64,000 bases of DNA from contig CBDCTH010000012.1 of NCBI GenBank assembly GCA_965222155.1, positions 2,528,001-2,592,000 of the forward strand. Reading direction: 5' to 3'. Below are positions 49,779 to 60,627 of the stretch, one piece after another. Below the pieces are notes generated by a model that was not told the origin of the DNA, searched no databases, and saw only the letters and a list, made by a program, of their open reading frames with translations. Both the position numbers and the translations under genes were made by a program. This stretch comes from Gammaproteobacteria bacterium (GTDB lineage: Bacteria; Pseudomonadota; Gammaproteobacteria; Eutrophobiales; Eutrophobiaceae). Numbering within the stretch: the stretch's first letter is position 1; each line of letters starts with the position of its first letter.

Positions 49779-49836
49779 CACGAATCTTGATTTGCTCCAT
49801 GTACACAAATGTGTCGTATTTATCCGGATGCGTCAA
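49779..49836 (-). repeat. Degenerate copy of the Phd promoter/operator and first codons
   Basis: 52/58 identical to 53934-53991, same orientation. Confidence 0.85.
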
Positions 49837-49939
49837 TGGTTAGCTCACAGCATCTCACCTTTCAGGTATAATGTACAAAGAGAGACGGTAAATGCGGACA
49901 AGAAGGAAGTGAGGAATCCAAGCAACAGAAACAATCTCT

Positions 49940-52111
49940 ATGAAAGCAGAGAAAACAGGTATTTCAGAGCAGCTGAAATTGATACGTGAACAATCACGCA
50001 TTTCCACGCCTGAGTTGGCGCAGCTTATAGGTACTTCACTTGTCGCCGTTGAGCAGTGGGAACGAAGTAATGTTTCGCCATCACCACAACAACAAGATAA
50101 AATAGCTGAACTGCTGGAAAAAATCCAAAAAGGAGAAATAGTCCAGCCTCCGTCGCTGGTACTGCAGAATGGCACATTCGCATCAAGAGGAGCTACCAGG
50201 AGGGCGTTAAAATCAAAGCAGACTGATTTATTTACCAGACAACCAAAAATACAATTCAGAGAAACACCGTCTCCATCACTCCTTTCCATCATCAAGAACG
50301 GTCAATTTATTTTGGACGGCGAGGATTGCTTGAAAGAGATACTGGCTAATCATCCAAAGCAGGCGAGGACAGTAAGCAACCCAAAAAAATTGGAGATGTC
50401 GGCGGGTAAAAATACATATACCTATGATGCCCACACCTATCACACGAAAGTACCACCACAAGGAATTGTCGAATTTATCAACCATTACCTGCCAGAGGGC
50501 GGTTTAGTCTTCGACCCGTTCTCAGGCAGTGGAATGACCGGCGTTGCTGCGCGTATTACCGGGGCAGATGTCATATTAAATGAACTTTCCCCGGCTGCGT
50601 GTTTTATCAGTCACAATTTTACCGAAGCTATCCCACCTTTGGAATTCTGTACAGCAATAAAAATTATTTTAGACGCCGTGGAGGAAGTACGAGGCAAGCT
50701 TTATACAACCAAATGTCGCGAGTGTGAAAGAAACACGGAAATTCTCTATACCGTATGGTCATATCGCGTTTTGTGTCCCCACTGTGAAACTGAGTTCTTA
50801 TTGTGGGACCACTGTAGAAAATATGGCCGTACAGTCCGAGAACACAAGATATTAAAAGAGTTTTGCTGTCCGTCCTGTGGGGAAACTATAAAGAAAAGAT
50901 CATTGACCCGAACTTTGGCTGAACCGGTGATGCTCGGTTATAAATGTTGCAGTAAATCGCAAGTTGAACATGATCTGACAGATTCGGATTTGGCGATAAT
51001 AAGTGAAGCAGATTCGGGCTGTTTCTTACAGCAAGGTTATTTTCCAGTTACAGAATTACCCGGAGGAGTTAATTTAAATCAGCCAATCAAACACGGTTTA
51101 ACATCAATTGACCGGTTCTATACCACTCGTAATTTATCAGCCATGAGTCACCTCTGGAGAGAGATTCACAGGATCAGTAATCCTGAACTTGCTTCGTCAA
51201 TCGCGTTTATCTTTACTTCTTTGTACCAAAGGGTTACCCGTCTGTCTGAGTTTCGTTTTTGGGGCGGCAGTGGTAATACGGCGCGTTTTAATGTGCCATT
51301 TATTTTTAACGAATCCAACGTATTCGTCACTTTTGAACGCAAGGCTGCAAGTATTCTTGATCATTTGGAAACAACTGCAATCAACTATAAAGGAAGAAAA
51401 GCTGTTGTTTGTAATTCGGCAACGGAACTCAATTATATCCCTGACGAGTCGATGGATTTTATTTTCACTGATCCTCCTTTCGGGAGCAACATTAATTATT
51501 CCGAAATGAATATACTGTGGGAGGCTTGGCTTGGTGAATTTACAGATAACACCCGGGAAGCAATAGTGAACAAAGTTCAAGGAAAAAGTATCAGCGATTA
51601 TGAAGACCTTATGAGGGAAAGCCTGTCCGAGTGCTATCGAATCTTGAGAACCGGACATTGGATGCTGCTCGTATTCATGAACTCATCAAAGGACGTCTGG
51701 GAGGCATTGAAGAGTGCGGTACAAAAGGCGGGTTTTATTATTGAACGACTGGATATATTTGACAAACAGCATGCAACGTTCAAGCAGTTTGTCAGTGACA
51801 ATACCGCTGGTTGTGATTTAGTCTTGCATTGCCGAAAGCGTCTGTCTTCCAGGCTGGTTGACACCCAAGCAAACGCCGTAAAAAATGAAAAATCAATAAC
51901 CCTGTTTATGGCCAATCGCTATGGAGATATTCCGACAACTGAATTTCTGCATGTAACCCGTGATGATGAGCCGGATTTACGCAGGCTATATAGCGAATGG
52001 TTAACGTACGCGTTACCCAAAAACCATGAGCTTGTAGATTTTTCTACTTTTCGTGATTTTGTAACCCAAATTACAAAAACTGAAGGCAAAAATTTAACAA
52101 ACAATGCGTAG
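49940..52111 (+). CDS. XRE-HTH-fused amino-DNA methyltransferase with Zn-ribbon insert
   Basis: N-terminal HTH (ELAQLIGTS..VEQWE), motif I FDPFSGSG, CxxC pairs and motif IV TDPPF. Confidence 0.85.
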   Translation: MKAEKTGISEQLKLIREQSRISTPELAQLIGTSLVAVEQWERSNVSPSPQQQDKIAELLEKIQKGEIVQPPSLVLQNGTFASRGATRRALKSKQTDLFTRQPKIQFRETPSPSLLSIIKNGQFILDGEDCLKEILANHPKQARTVSNPKKLEMSAGKNTYTYDAHTYHTKVPPQGIVEFINHYLPEGGLVFDPFSGSGMTGVAARITGADVILNELSPAACFISHNFTEAIPPLEFCTAIKIILDAVEEVRGKLYTTKCRECERNTEILYTVWSYRVLCPHCETEFLLWDHCRKYGRTVREHKILKEFCCPSCGETIKKRSLTRTLAEPVMLGYKCCSKSQVEHDLTDSDLAIISEADSGCFLQQGYFPVTELPGGVNLNQPIKHGLTSIDRFYTTRNLSAMSHLWREIHRISNPELASSIAFIFTSLYQRVTRLSEFRFWGGSGNTARFNVPFIFNESNVFVTFERKAASILDHLETTAINYKGRKAVVCNSATELNYIPDESMDFIFTDPPFGSNINYSEMNILWEAWLGEFTDNTREAIVNKVQGKSISDYEDLMRESLSECYRILRTGHWMLLVFMNSSKDVWEALKSAVQKAGFIIERLDIFDKQHATFKQFVSDNTAGCDLVLHCRKRLSSRLVDTQANAVKNEKSITLFMANRYGDIPTTEFLHVTRDDEPDLRRLYSEWLTYALPKNHELVDFSTFRDFVTQITKTEGKNLTNNA

Positions 52112-53093
52112 TAACTATAACGCCGTACTAAATGCCTTTACGAAAGAAGAGTACGACAAAGCCAAAATACTTCTTGCTACTCAAGTAGCTCACATGATGG
52201 GACGCAAACTCGAAGAGACCGACTGGAACGAGGTTTACTGTGCTGCTAAAGGTATCCCGCATAGCGGGTGGAGTAACTTGAATATCGATGTGAATTACTC
52301 CGGTTTAGGCGTTGAGCAGAAACTGCTTAGAGTATCCGGACTACGAGGGCGTCCAATTAAATCAGTATGCGGAACGACTATGATGCACCCCGCTGCAACA
52401 AGGTCAATAAGGATCGATAACACTGACTTAGAGGCAGAAGAAGTAATGCGTGATGTGTTTCAACAATATTCCGGTTTAATTGACATTCGAACCGAGAAAG
52501 TCAGGGAGAATTCTGGCGGAAAAGAACCGGATATGCGTATTGGATGGTTGTTGTGGGAAGATTCGTTGAAAGAGTTTCTTTATTTTGAAGAACCATTAGT
52601 TGCTCCGCAACCGGATTACTATTACGCAGAGTGGAATGAAACACCGTCCAGAGGAGCGAGAAAGGGCGGCAAGAGTTTATGGATATATGAACGGGGTAGT
52701 AACAGGAAAAGATACTCTGTAACTACCAGTGCCGGCATCAAGATTCAACCATATTTTGATGTACCGGCTCCATCTGATGAAAACCTTTATTATTTTCGAG
52801 TTCAGAGTGAACCAGTTGATTATGACACGGTCCGTATATGGGTTTCCTCAACAACGGCAAAGGCAATTCAACGAGAGTTAGGAAGCCTGGAAAAAGATAA
52901 TGTCAGTAATGCGGTAATAAAGACTGCGAAGTTCCCTTCCATCGAAGATACTGGAATATCACCTGATGATGATATGGCACAGCCGATTTTAATTAACCGA
53001 AAAGCTTTTGAGATTTTCAGATCCAGTTGGGAAGGGGTCAGCGACGAGCACCGTGCTCAGTTATTTCTTAAGGCACTATACAAAATAAATTAA
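52104..53093 (+). CDS. Putative type II restriction endonuclease
   Basis: 8-bp overlap with the methyltransferase gene; E..W, NID and VEQK spacing fits PD-(D/E)xK. Confidence 0.55.
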   Translation: MRSNYNAVLNAFTKEEYDKAKILLATQVAHMMGRKLEETDWNEVYCAAKGIPHSGWSNLNIDVNYSGLGVEQKLLRVSGLRGRPIKSVCGTTMMHPAATRSIRIDNTDLEAEEVMRDVFQQYSGLIDIRTEKVRENSGGKEPDMRIGWLLWEDSLKEFLYFEEPLVAPQPDYYYAEWNETPSRGARKGGKSLWIYERGSNRKRYSVTTSAGIKIQPYFDVPAPSDENLYYFRVQSEPVDYDTVRIWVSSTTAKAIQRELGSLEKDNVSNAVIKTAKFPSIEDTGISPDDDMAQPILINRKAFEIFRSSWEGVSDEHRAQLFLKALYKIN

Positions 53094-53177
53094 GAGGCCT
53101 GGCAGTCACAATAATTCTCTCTATCACCGATGAAATAATCTTATCGTCCTGGTTTATAGGAAATCTATTTAACAATA

Positions 53178-53220
53178 TTTGGGGTCAGTGTAAAAATTCA
53201 CAGAGTTTTTACACTAACCC
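53178..53220. repeat. REP-like palindrome GGGGTCAGTGTAAAA...TTTTACACT(A/G)ACCC
   Basis: Hairpin with a near-identical copy at about 57069-57114. Confidence 0.75.
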
Positions 53221-53254
53221 GTGACTTTCCACCGGCTGTCAGCAGACAACGTTC

Positions 53255-53716
53255 TCATACAGGATCTCCGGTTAATCCGGACGGCTCAATCACATCGCAA
53301 CCTGTTATGCCGACCTGTGGCGCTGAAGCCAGCAGACGCTTGTCATTGCTGTAGATTTCCGAGAATCCACACAGTTTGGCAGAGACCAGATGCACGGCAT
53401 CGCCAGTTCGCAGGAATGCGCGCCGGGACAGACTCGTGAATGTGTCGGTTACCGAGGTCAGAATGGCTGACGACAAAGGCAGCCACTCCCAGAGTCTCAT
53501 CGACTCGTCCACGCTCAATTGTCGCAAGATAACGTTAAGTTGCTGCTCGGTAAACTCTCCTTCACGCAGTTTACGGTGGAGAGCAGCATGAAGTTCCAGA
53601 CGTCCATAGATAGAGCAGGCGATGCGTTCGCGACCGCGCGCGAACGCCCGTACTTTTTCCCAGCCATGTTCCTTTACGTAGCACTTCAGTATGTACGCCG
53701 TATCGAAATAAGTCAT
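53255..53716 (-). CDS. VapC-family PIN domain toxin
   Basis: YFDTAYILK, E, LRTGDAVHL and SND acidic residues. Confidence 0.88.
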   Translation of the reverse strand: MTYFDTAYILKCYVKEHGWEKVRAFARGRERIACSIYGRLELHAALHRKLREGEFTEQQLNVILRQLSVDESMRLWEWLPLSSAILTSVTDTFTSLSRRAFLRTGDAVHLVSAKLCGFSEIYSNDKRLLASAPQVGITGCDVIEPSGLTGDPV

Positions 53717-53955
53717 GAACGATCGCGGTCTTCGGATACATATGCCGTCGCATCGCCGGAGACCTCAGGCAAAGCGTCGAACTCGGGGAGCATCCGGCGT
53801 TCACGGAACGATCGACTCGAATCGTCCTCGCAAAACGGTATCAACGAAGCCACAGGACGACCTCGTTCGGTGATGACTACGCCTTCGCCGCGCGCTGCCC
53901 GGCGCACCCATTCGCCAGTCTTGATATGAAGATCACGAATCTTGATTTGCTCCAT
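53713..53955 (-). CDS. Phd/YefM family antitoxin
   Basis: MEQIKIRDL..VVITERGRPVASLIP; 4-bp overlap with the toxin; upstream palindrome AAATGTG-A-CACATTT. Confidence 0.88.
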   Translation of the reverse strand: MEQIKIRDLHIKTGEWVRRAARGEGVVITERGRPVASLIPFCEDDSSRSFRERRMLPEFDALPEVSGDATAYVSEDRDRS

Positions 53956-54012
53956 GTGCACAAATGTGTCACATTTATCAAGATGAGTCAAGTCTGATGT
54001 GATGCTCTGGGT

Positions 54013-54068
54013 CCAGCAGTTCCCGCTAACTCCCGGGATCGAGGGCATCCTGCCCTCGTGGAGGGCGA
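54013..54068. repeat. 56-bp element with a perfect inverted copy at 60628-60683
   Basis: CCAGCAGTTCCCGCTAACTCCCGGGATCGAGGGCATCCTGCCCTCGTGGAGGGCGA. Confidence 0.9.
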
Positions 54069-54080
54069 AGGACTCTATTG

Positions 54081-54998
54081 TCAAGCCGACAGGTTCTCAT
54101 GTAGCAGCCTGATATGCTCAGGACCGATGCCACAACATCCGCCGATAACCCGTACACCATGGCTGACCCATTGCCTTGCATAGCCAAGATAATCCTGTGG
54201 GCTTATGATATTCTCGAACTTCCAGCTCGGCGGGATGAAATGCCCGCTTTCCGCATAGGCAAACACGGGACCGTCCCATAACTCGTTCAACTCCGTCAGG
54301 GCCGGCCCGGTGTGGTGGACGCTGGTATGCATCACGCCTGCCACGTCACAACCCACCGACAGGACTTCCTCCACCATTTTTTTGAACGGGATTATCTTAA
54401 GCTCAAGTCCCCGGACTGAAACGTAGTTGGTCACTTCGTTATAGTCATTCATGAAAGCGCTGAAACCCGTCCATACCGGTATTCCCGTTGATCTGGCCGC
54501 GCCAACCACGATGCGGGCATTGTCAATGTCCCGCATCATCTCCGCGATAATAAGCTCGGCGCCGGCTTCCACTAGTAACTCGGCCTGACGCAAGTAACCT
54601 TCCTTGGCCGTAGCGTCCGTCGGCATACGGACAGAATCAAACGCCGGTGTAGAAGACATGGAAGCAGCAACACATACGTCCTGTCCGGTGTTATCACGCG
54701 CCTGTAACGCCAGATGTACCGCGGACTGGTTGATTTCCGCGATTTTATCTTCCAGTCCCAGGCGCTGGAGTATGTGAGGCGCTGTGCTGAATGTGTTGGC
54801 GATTATCACATCAGCGCCGGCATGGATGTAACTCTCGTGGACCCGCCGTACCACCTCGGGTTGTTCCATGTGGGCGATACCGCACCAAGCCAGGTCGTTC
54901 ATCCTGACGCCCTGCCGTTCTATCTCCGAACCGGTTCCCCCATCGAGCAGGACTATATCCCCGTTATCTATCTTATCTTTGATAATACGGTAGCTCAT
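54081..54998 (-). CDS. Homocysteine S-methyltransferase family protein
   Basis: LLDGGTGSE, AGADVIIANTF and IGGCCGIGPEHI motifs. Confidence 0.9.
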   Translation of the reverse strand: MSYRIIKDKIDNGDIVLLDGGTGSEIERQGVRMNDLAWCGIAHMEQPEVVRRVHESYIHAGADVIIANTFSTAPHILQRLGLEDKIAEINQSAVHLALQARDNTGQDVCVAASMSSTPAFDSVRMPTDATAKEGYLRQAELLVEAGAELIIAEMMRDIDNARIVVGAARSTGIPVWTGFSAFMNDYNEVTNYVSVRGLELKIIPFKKMVEEVLSVGCDVAGVMHTSVHHTGPALTELNELWDGPVFAYAESGHFIPPSWKFENIISPQDYLGYARQWVSHGVRVIGGCCGIGPEHIRLLHENLSA

Positions 54999-57053
54999 GG
55001 TGTCATTGCCTGCTCACGTTCAAAGACTATGTTGCCATCGAAAATTGTCATATCCACCTGCGTCTTTCCAATTTTGTCGGCCTGTCCATGCTCAGCCATT
55101 TCTACGACGTTTTGATTCAATACTATCAGGTCAGCAGTTTTCCCGACTTCAATACTACCCAGCTTGTCATCATGGCCCATCAGACGTGCTGTAAGCAGCC
55201 AGGGCATCATGAATAGTGATACGTTGACCGGCATTCATCACCACGCCGTCTGCCTCCCGGGTCACTGCGGCCTGCATACTGGGAAAGGGGATAGGGTCAC
55301 GCCTACCCACCGGGGCGTCACTCCCCCATGTCAGGATACCACCGGCATCCATCACTGATTTAACCGGGTAAACATTCTGCATGTAATAGTGTTGAGGGTT
55401 ATACAAATCTGCAATGCCGTCTACCTTATCAATGAAGGGAATCACCATCACATCGTAGTCAACGTCCGGGAATATCCAGACATAAGTAAACGCGACATAG
55501 ATACCCAGATCGCCCATACGTTTGACATCATCGGGATGCGCTAACTGAACGTGGGTAATGCTTTGCGTTAAATTTTTCGCGTCTGCCTCCTGTTTAACTT
55601 CAGAAAATGCGTCTATTGCGGCGCGTACTCCACGATCTGATAGTGCATGAATATGGACATGAAATCCTGCAGCTGTCATCTGTCGTACATATTCCTTTAT
55701 ATACTCTTCGCTGTGTTCCAGTACACCGCCGCTTTTTATACATTGTGCCGGTTGATAACCATGTTTATCTGCAAACTTTTGGATCAAGTCGGGTTTAGCG
55801 TAATTATCCGGATGTTTACGCACCTCCGTACAGGTTGCGCCATCCAGGTCGACATAACCGCTAATCTCGACCGATTCCGTCCCGGTATTGATTGAGAATA
55901 CAGGCTATTCAAATTCACCAAAAATCGCCGCAACGGGTAATGTGGGCGGTTGAGCAAAGGGATTGCCTTCCAATACGGCATCAGCAAAGAGTTTGACCGC
56001 ATTCGGCTGGATGAGGGTACTGTTTTTCAGTTTCTCTCTTTGAGCTTTGAAATATTCAACATGTGCAGGAATCTGTGCCAGGTCTCCTGCATAATGAGAA
56101 TCATCAGAGAGGTGGTAGAAAGCTGTTCTTAAACGGAAAGTCATCCGCCCGCTTTTCTCCAGCCAGTCATAACATTCCAGTAGTTCCGAAACTGAATAGG
56201 GATCCTGAATTGAGGTAATGCCGGATGCAGCCAGTTTTGCTGCGACGGCAGGCATCGTGTCTTCAGCAGTACCGTGCAGTCCCATCATATCTTCAATAAA
56301 ATCCGGCCGTACTATCATGCGTGCGCCTTCATTCAGACCGCCGGCAGGTTCACCGGATTCATCCACGGCAATCATTTCCCTGAAATCGGCAAAAACGGTC
56401 TCGATTGTCTCCTTGTTCAAACCCACCACCTTTCCGTTTTTGTCTCTTGCCTGTGCCAGGGCCAGACTGTTGACTGCGGCATGATGACCATCGTCACCCC
56501 ACATGATAATCGGGTGCTTGTCTGATGCGGCATCCAGGGCAGCACGTATTGTTTTCAGTCTTTCACTCGGCTGGTTACCGCTGGAGAATGGCCACTGCAA
56601 GACCACCAGCCAATCACCTTCGGCTATCTGATAGTCCTCAATACATCCCTGTAGAAAAGGCACCATTTCTTCAAGCGATTTCGCGCCACCTTTGAAATCA
56701 CACATATCCGGTTCCACAACACCGGTGGCGTGGATATGCATGTCATGCAGTCCCGGCATCAGCATACGCCCACCCAGATCACGCACCTCTGTGTTGTTGC
56801 CGATAAACTTGTTGGCCTGATCGTCACTACCGACATAGATAATTTCGTTGCCGCGAATCGCAACAGCCTCTGCGACTGTACGACTGTCGTCTACAGTGTA
56901 GACATAGGCATTGGTCAGTAGGAGGTCGGCCGGCTCAACGGCAGGAAGTGGCGTGCCGGGTTGACTTGTCGATTGTTGTTGTTCCTGGGAACAGCCAACC
57001 AAAGTCGTGCTGAAAATAAAAAATAGAACAAGTAAATGATTCGTCAGGTTCAT
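54995..57053 (-). pseudogene. YtcJ-like amidohydrolase (lipoprotein) with nonsense codon and frameshift
   Basis: PGLHDMHIH, HIHA, GSDAP and GSIEVGKTADL motifs; in-frame TAG at 55905-55907 and frameshift near 55185. Confidence 0.88.
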
Positions 57054-57068
57054 GGTATATCCTAGATA

Positions 57069-57114
57069 TTTGGGGTCAGTATAAAAAATCCTGTGAGTTT
57101 TTACACTGACCCCT
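57069..57114. repeat. REP-like palindrome, second copy
   Basis: TTTGGGGTCAGTATAAAAAATCCTGTGAGTTTTTACACTGACCCC. Confidence 0.75.
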
Positions 57115-57277
57115 GACTTACAACAGTGAGTTCAATATGAGGCGCGCAGTAAAGCACACAAGTGCTTTACTGCGTAGCATTCAATCCTGTTTTCAGGCGT
57201 CATGGGCGATGAACCGGATGAATGTAGAGCTTTTCGGAACTGGGATGAAGGCCCAGAAAATACGCGAGACCGCAGCC

Positions 57278-57493
57278 TTACACAGCGATAGGCGTGAGAC
57301 TGAACACGCGCGAATATTTTGCAGCAGTCTTAACGTCACCTCGACGAAGAGCCTCCCGTACGTCGTCGAGACGATACGCGTCTTCGAAAGAAAGATACGG
57401 AGACCATCCTTCAGGTTCCTCCATTAACTCTACGTCAACTTCTGCTACATAGTTTCTTTCATGGATGAACTTCGTTTTTGTTCTCTTACTCAT
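57278..57493 (-). CDS. Small conserved hypothetical protein (possible orphan antitoxin)
   Basis: 71 aa, YVAEVDVEL..WSPYLS.EDAYRLDDVREALRRGD. Confidence 0.6.
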   Translation of the reverse strand: MSKRTKTKFIHERNYVAEVDVELMEEPEGWSPYLSFEDAYRLDDVREALRRGDVKTAAKYSRVFSLTPIAV

Positions 57494-57688
57494 TTGCGTC
57501 TCCGGAAGATTTCATCAATGTAATAAAAACCTCAAGTCGATCCTTCGTTGCTCAATCAATTCGTCAAGTCTGGTATCATCTCCCACATGCATATCTTTAT
57601 TGAGACTTGATGATCCGTTAAATTTGTTTTTTTCAGCAACCGGTTCATTATTAAACTATTCCAAAAAAATGCATATAAGGAGCATAGT

Positions 57689-58696
57689 ATGAAGGCGATT
57701 GTATTAGAAGAACTCGGCGGTCCGGATAACCTGAAGATAAAGGAGGTGGATACGCCAGAGGCGGGACCGGGTGAAGTACGGGTAAAGCTGCAAAACTCTG
57801 CACTGAACCGGCGTGATTACTGGATCACCATCGGCAGGTATCCGCGCACGAGTCTCCCCTGTACCACCGGTTCCGACGGCGCCGGGACAATTGATGCCGT
57901 TGGTGAGGACATTGATGACGTTGTAATCGGTAATGAGGTGGTAGTCTACCCGGCCAGGGAATGGGGTGACAGCGAGGCCGTGTCCGGGCCGAATTTCCGC
58001 GTGCTGGGTATGCCGGACCAGGGCACGTTTGCCGAGTACATCTGCTGCCCGACTACGGATGTCTATAGCAGACCCGCGCACCTGAGCTGGGAGCAGTCAG
58101 CTGCTGTACCACTGGCCGGTCTGACGGCCTGGCGCGCCGTTGTGACACAGGCTGAGGTAAAAGCGGGACAAACCGTGCTGGTGACGGGGGCCGGCAGCGG
58201 CGTTTCCACCTTTGCCATCCAGTGGGCCAGCGCGTTCGGCGCAGAGGTCTATGTGACCAGTGGGTCGGAAGAAAAAATCGACAAGGCGAAATCCATAGGC
58301 GCCACTGACGGCGTCAGCTATAGACAAGAGGACTATCATAAAATCCTGAAAAAACAGGCCGGCGGCTTTAATGCCATCATCGATAGCGCCGGCGGGGATG
58401 ATATGAATAATCTTCTCGGTACCTTGAGGCCCGCCGGGCGGTTTGTGTTCTTCGGTGCTACACTCGGCGTGCCCTCGACCGGTCTGGAAATACCAAGACT
58501 GTTTTTCAACCAGACACGCATTCAGGGGACAGTGCTGGGATCCAATGCCGAATTCAAGGCGATGCTGGACTTCGTCAGCGAGAACAAAATTGAACCGGTC
58601 GTGGACCGGGTCCTGCCCATGAGTGAGGCCATCGCCGCACACAAGCTGCTGGAATCATTCGGCCAGATGGGTAAAGTTGTTTTGCAGAATAGTTGA
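57689..58696 (+). CDS. MDR-family NADPH:quinone reductase / zinc-type dehydrogenase
   Basis: LNRRD, GSDGAG, VLVTGAGSGV and GKVVL motifs. Confidence 0.9.
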   Translation: MKAIVLEELGGPDNLKIKEVDTPEAGPGEVRVKLQNSALNRRDYWITIGRYPRTSLPCTTGSDGAGTIDAVGEDIDDVVIGNEVVVYPAREWGDSEAVSGPNFRVLGMPDQGTFAEYICCPTTDVYSRPAHLSWEQSAAVPLAGLTAWRAVVTQAEVKAGQTVLVTGAGSGVSTFAIQWASAFGAEVYVTSGSEEKIDKAKSIGATDGVSYRQEDYHKILKKQAGGFNAIIDSAGGDDMNNLLGTLRPAGRFVFFGATLGVPSTGLEIPRLFFNQTRIQGTVLGSNAEFKAMLDFVSENKIEPVVDRVLPMSEAIAAHKLLESFGQMGKVVLQNS

Positions 58697-58703
58697 GGTA
58701 TCT

Positions 58704-60314
58704 TTAAAAATCATACAGGAGCGCGATCATCCCGATTGCGATGATTGCAACCAAAAGATACAGGCTGCTCAGGTAATGGCGTCGTTTGAGCGTCCCTTCC
58801 CTGGCTGCCGTTAATTCCTGTCCGAGAGTGCCATAACGGCTTGGTAAAAATGTACCGAGGTATTCACTCAGGAAGTTACTTGTACGTTGAGTCGGCAGGC
58901 CCATGTCATGCATCAGTTCGTCAACGTAATGAGAGATATATGGCCCTGTAAATATGCCATCTTCGGATTCCGGCACCCTTTGTTTCGCCCAGTTTTCCAG
59001 CTGTTCAATTTGCCGGTCCATCTCTTCGACCGGCGGCAGGGTCATATTTCCCGTAAAACTTTGTAGCGCCCAGTGGGCGCCTATTTCAGAAGACAACGGA
59101 CAGGTAAGGGTTGGAAAAAATCCCAGGAATGCCAGTCTCGGTTGCCCGGGAGGTAATATCCGCCGGAATAAATGGAATCGGCCGTTTTTGAACACCCGCG
59201 CGCTCAGTTCCTCGCTCAGGAACGATAAATCACGCCGCCATCCTGTGGCAAGGATAACCAGATCTGCCTCCAATCGTGTTCCATCGTCGAGTTCCAGTCC
59301 TGTTTCATGAAATCCGTTGACGCCGGCCCGTTTGGCGCTGATACGGCCGGCATTCAGCAAGTCAAAGAAGTCGTCGACCTGCCCCACGCTTTCGAATCCG
59401 TTCGGTAATTTTTGTTCAGGCACCATAAGCTTCGGCATGTCCAGAACACGGGGCACAATGGCGCTCATAAAGGTCCACCAGAGCCACACGAGCGGTTTGC
59501 CCGGGCCGTGCAATACTGCTTCACCCCGTGGACGGACAGGATAATAGACAAACATCTCGATAAACCGTGAGATAAACCGTAAATCACTGCGGGCACCGCC
59601 GGGCAGATAACGCGGCACCATCCAGTGCGGTCTGCGAAAGACTATGGTAGAGGATTTTCCTTCACGGGCTGCCCATGCGGCACAATCGAGTGCCGATTTG
59701 CCAGCGCCAACGACGACCACCCGCTGAGCATCTGCAACAGCGGGGTCAGTACATTGACTCGAATGGCGTACCATGCCCTTGAAAGCCTCCACTCCTGGAA
59801 AGTCCGGCATCGAAGGCATGGAAAAGGCCCCCGAGCAAATGACGACAAAAGAGAACTCATACTCGCCCTTGTTGTCGTGGTCGGCCGTTGAGCGAACTGT
59901 CAGATTGAAGCCCTGCTTTCCATCATTACCGGTTTCAGCAAGGTGAACTACTTCACTATTAAAATTGATATGACGATACAAACCAAAATGATCTGCATAG
60001 GATTCCAGGTATTCACGGACTTCCCCGGCATCAGGATAACCACTGGTGGAATTCGGATAGGGATAGTCAGTATAGCCATAGGTTTCTTTTGCAGTATTCG
60101 CCCGCAAACCGGGATAGGCGCGCGCAACAGCCCAGACCCCGCCCAGGGTAGCCTCCTTTTCGAAGACAAGGACGTCGAACCCGTTTTCCAGAAAGATTTT
60201 AGCCGTAGAGAGACCGGCAATACCGGAGCCTATGATGCCGACCCGTTGTACCGGATTCGTGCCTTTAGCCGGCCTTTCGGCAGTTCCTGATATTGCACCT
60301 GTATTATCGCTCAT
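58704..60314 (-). CDS. Flavin-containing monooxygenase
   Basis: GSGIAG, GGVW, FxGxxxHS, GAGKSA and ATGW motifs. Confidence 0.9.
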   Translation of the reverse strand: MSDNTGAISGTAERPAKGTNPVQRVGIIGSGIAGLSTAKIFLENGFDVLVFEKEATLGGVWAVARAYPGLRANTAKETYGYTDYPYPNSTSGYPDAGEVREYLESYADHFGLYRHINFNSEVVHLAETGNDGKQGFNLTVRSTADHDNKGEYEFSFVVICSGAFSMPSMPDFPGVEAFKGMVRHSSQCTDPAVADAQRVVVVGAGKSALDCAAWAAREGKSSTIVFRRPHWMVPRYLPGGARSDLRFISRFIEMFVYYPVRPRGEAVLHGPGKPLVWLWWTFMSAIVPRVLDMPKLMVPEQKLPNGFESVGQVDDFFDLLNAGRISAKRAGVNGFHETGLELDDGTRLEADLVILATGWRRDLSFLSEELSARVFKNGRFHLFRRILPPGQPRLAFLGFFPTLTCPLSSEIGAHWALQSFTGNMTLPPVEEMDRQIEQLENWAKQRVPESEDGIFTGPYISHYVDELMHDMGLPTQRTSNFLSEYLGTFLPSRYGTLGQELTAAREGTLKRRHYLSSLYLLVAIIAIGMIALLYDF

Positions 60315-60627
60315 ATTTTCTCCTGCTTTGTGTGGTGATTTACCGCAAACCACTGAATTAAAAAATCGGCGCTCGTTACTCAGTCGATACTGAAGTATTC
60401 TAATCGTATCCCACTTCAATTGCCTCACCTCCTTCTTACACATCCTGCTAAACCGGTTCGATGCCATGGACAAAGGAGAGCGATGAACCTGGTCCATGGC
60501 TGGAGGCAGACGCTACCGCTAAATCGAGGTCAATACAGTGATTCTTGCCGGATTCGAGACAGGGGGGACAGATTTAAATCTGTCCCCCAGGAGTCACGGG
60601 GCCCGTTTCCCTGGGAGGGAGGGCGTC

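Noticed and set aside
25279-55907. TAG read-through or recoding, suggested by two in-frame TAG codons at probable Gln positions (25279, 55905)
   Set aside because: Intact genes such as hsdM and glyQ end in TAG, and the amidohydrolase also has a frameshift; single C-to-T nonsense changes are simpler.
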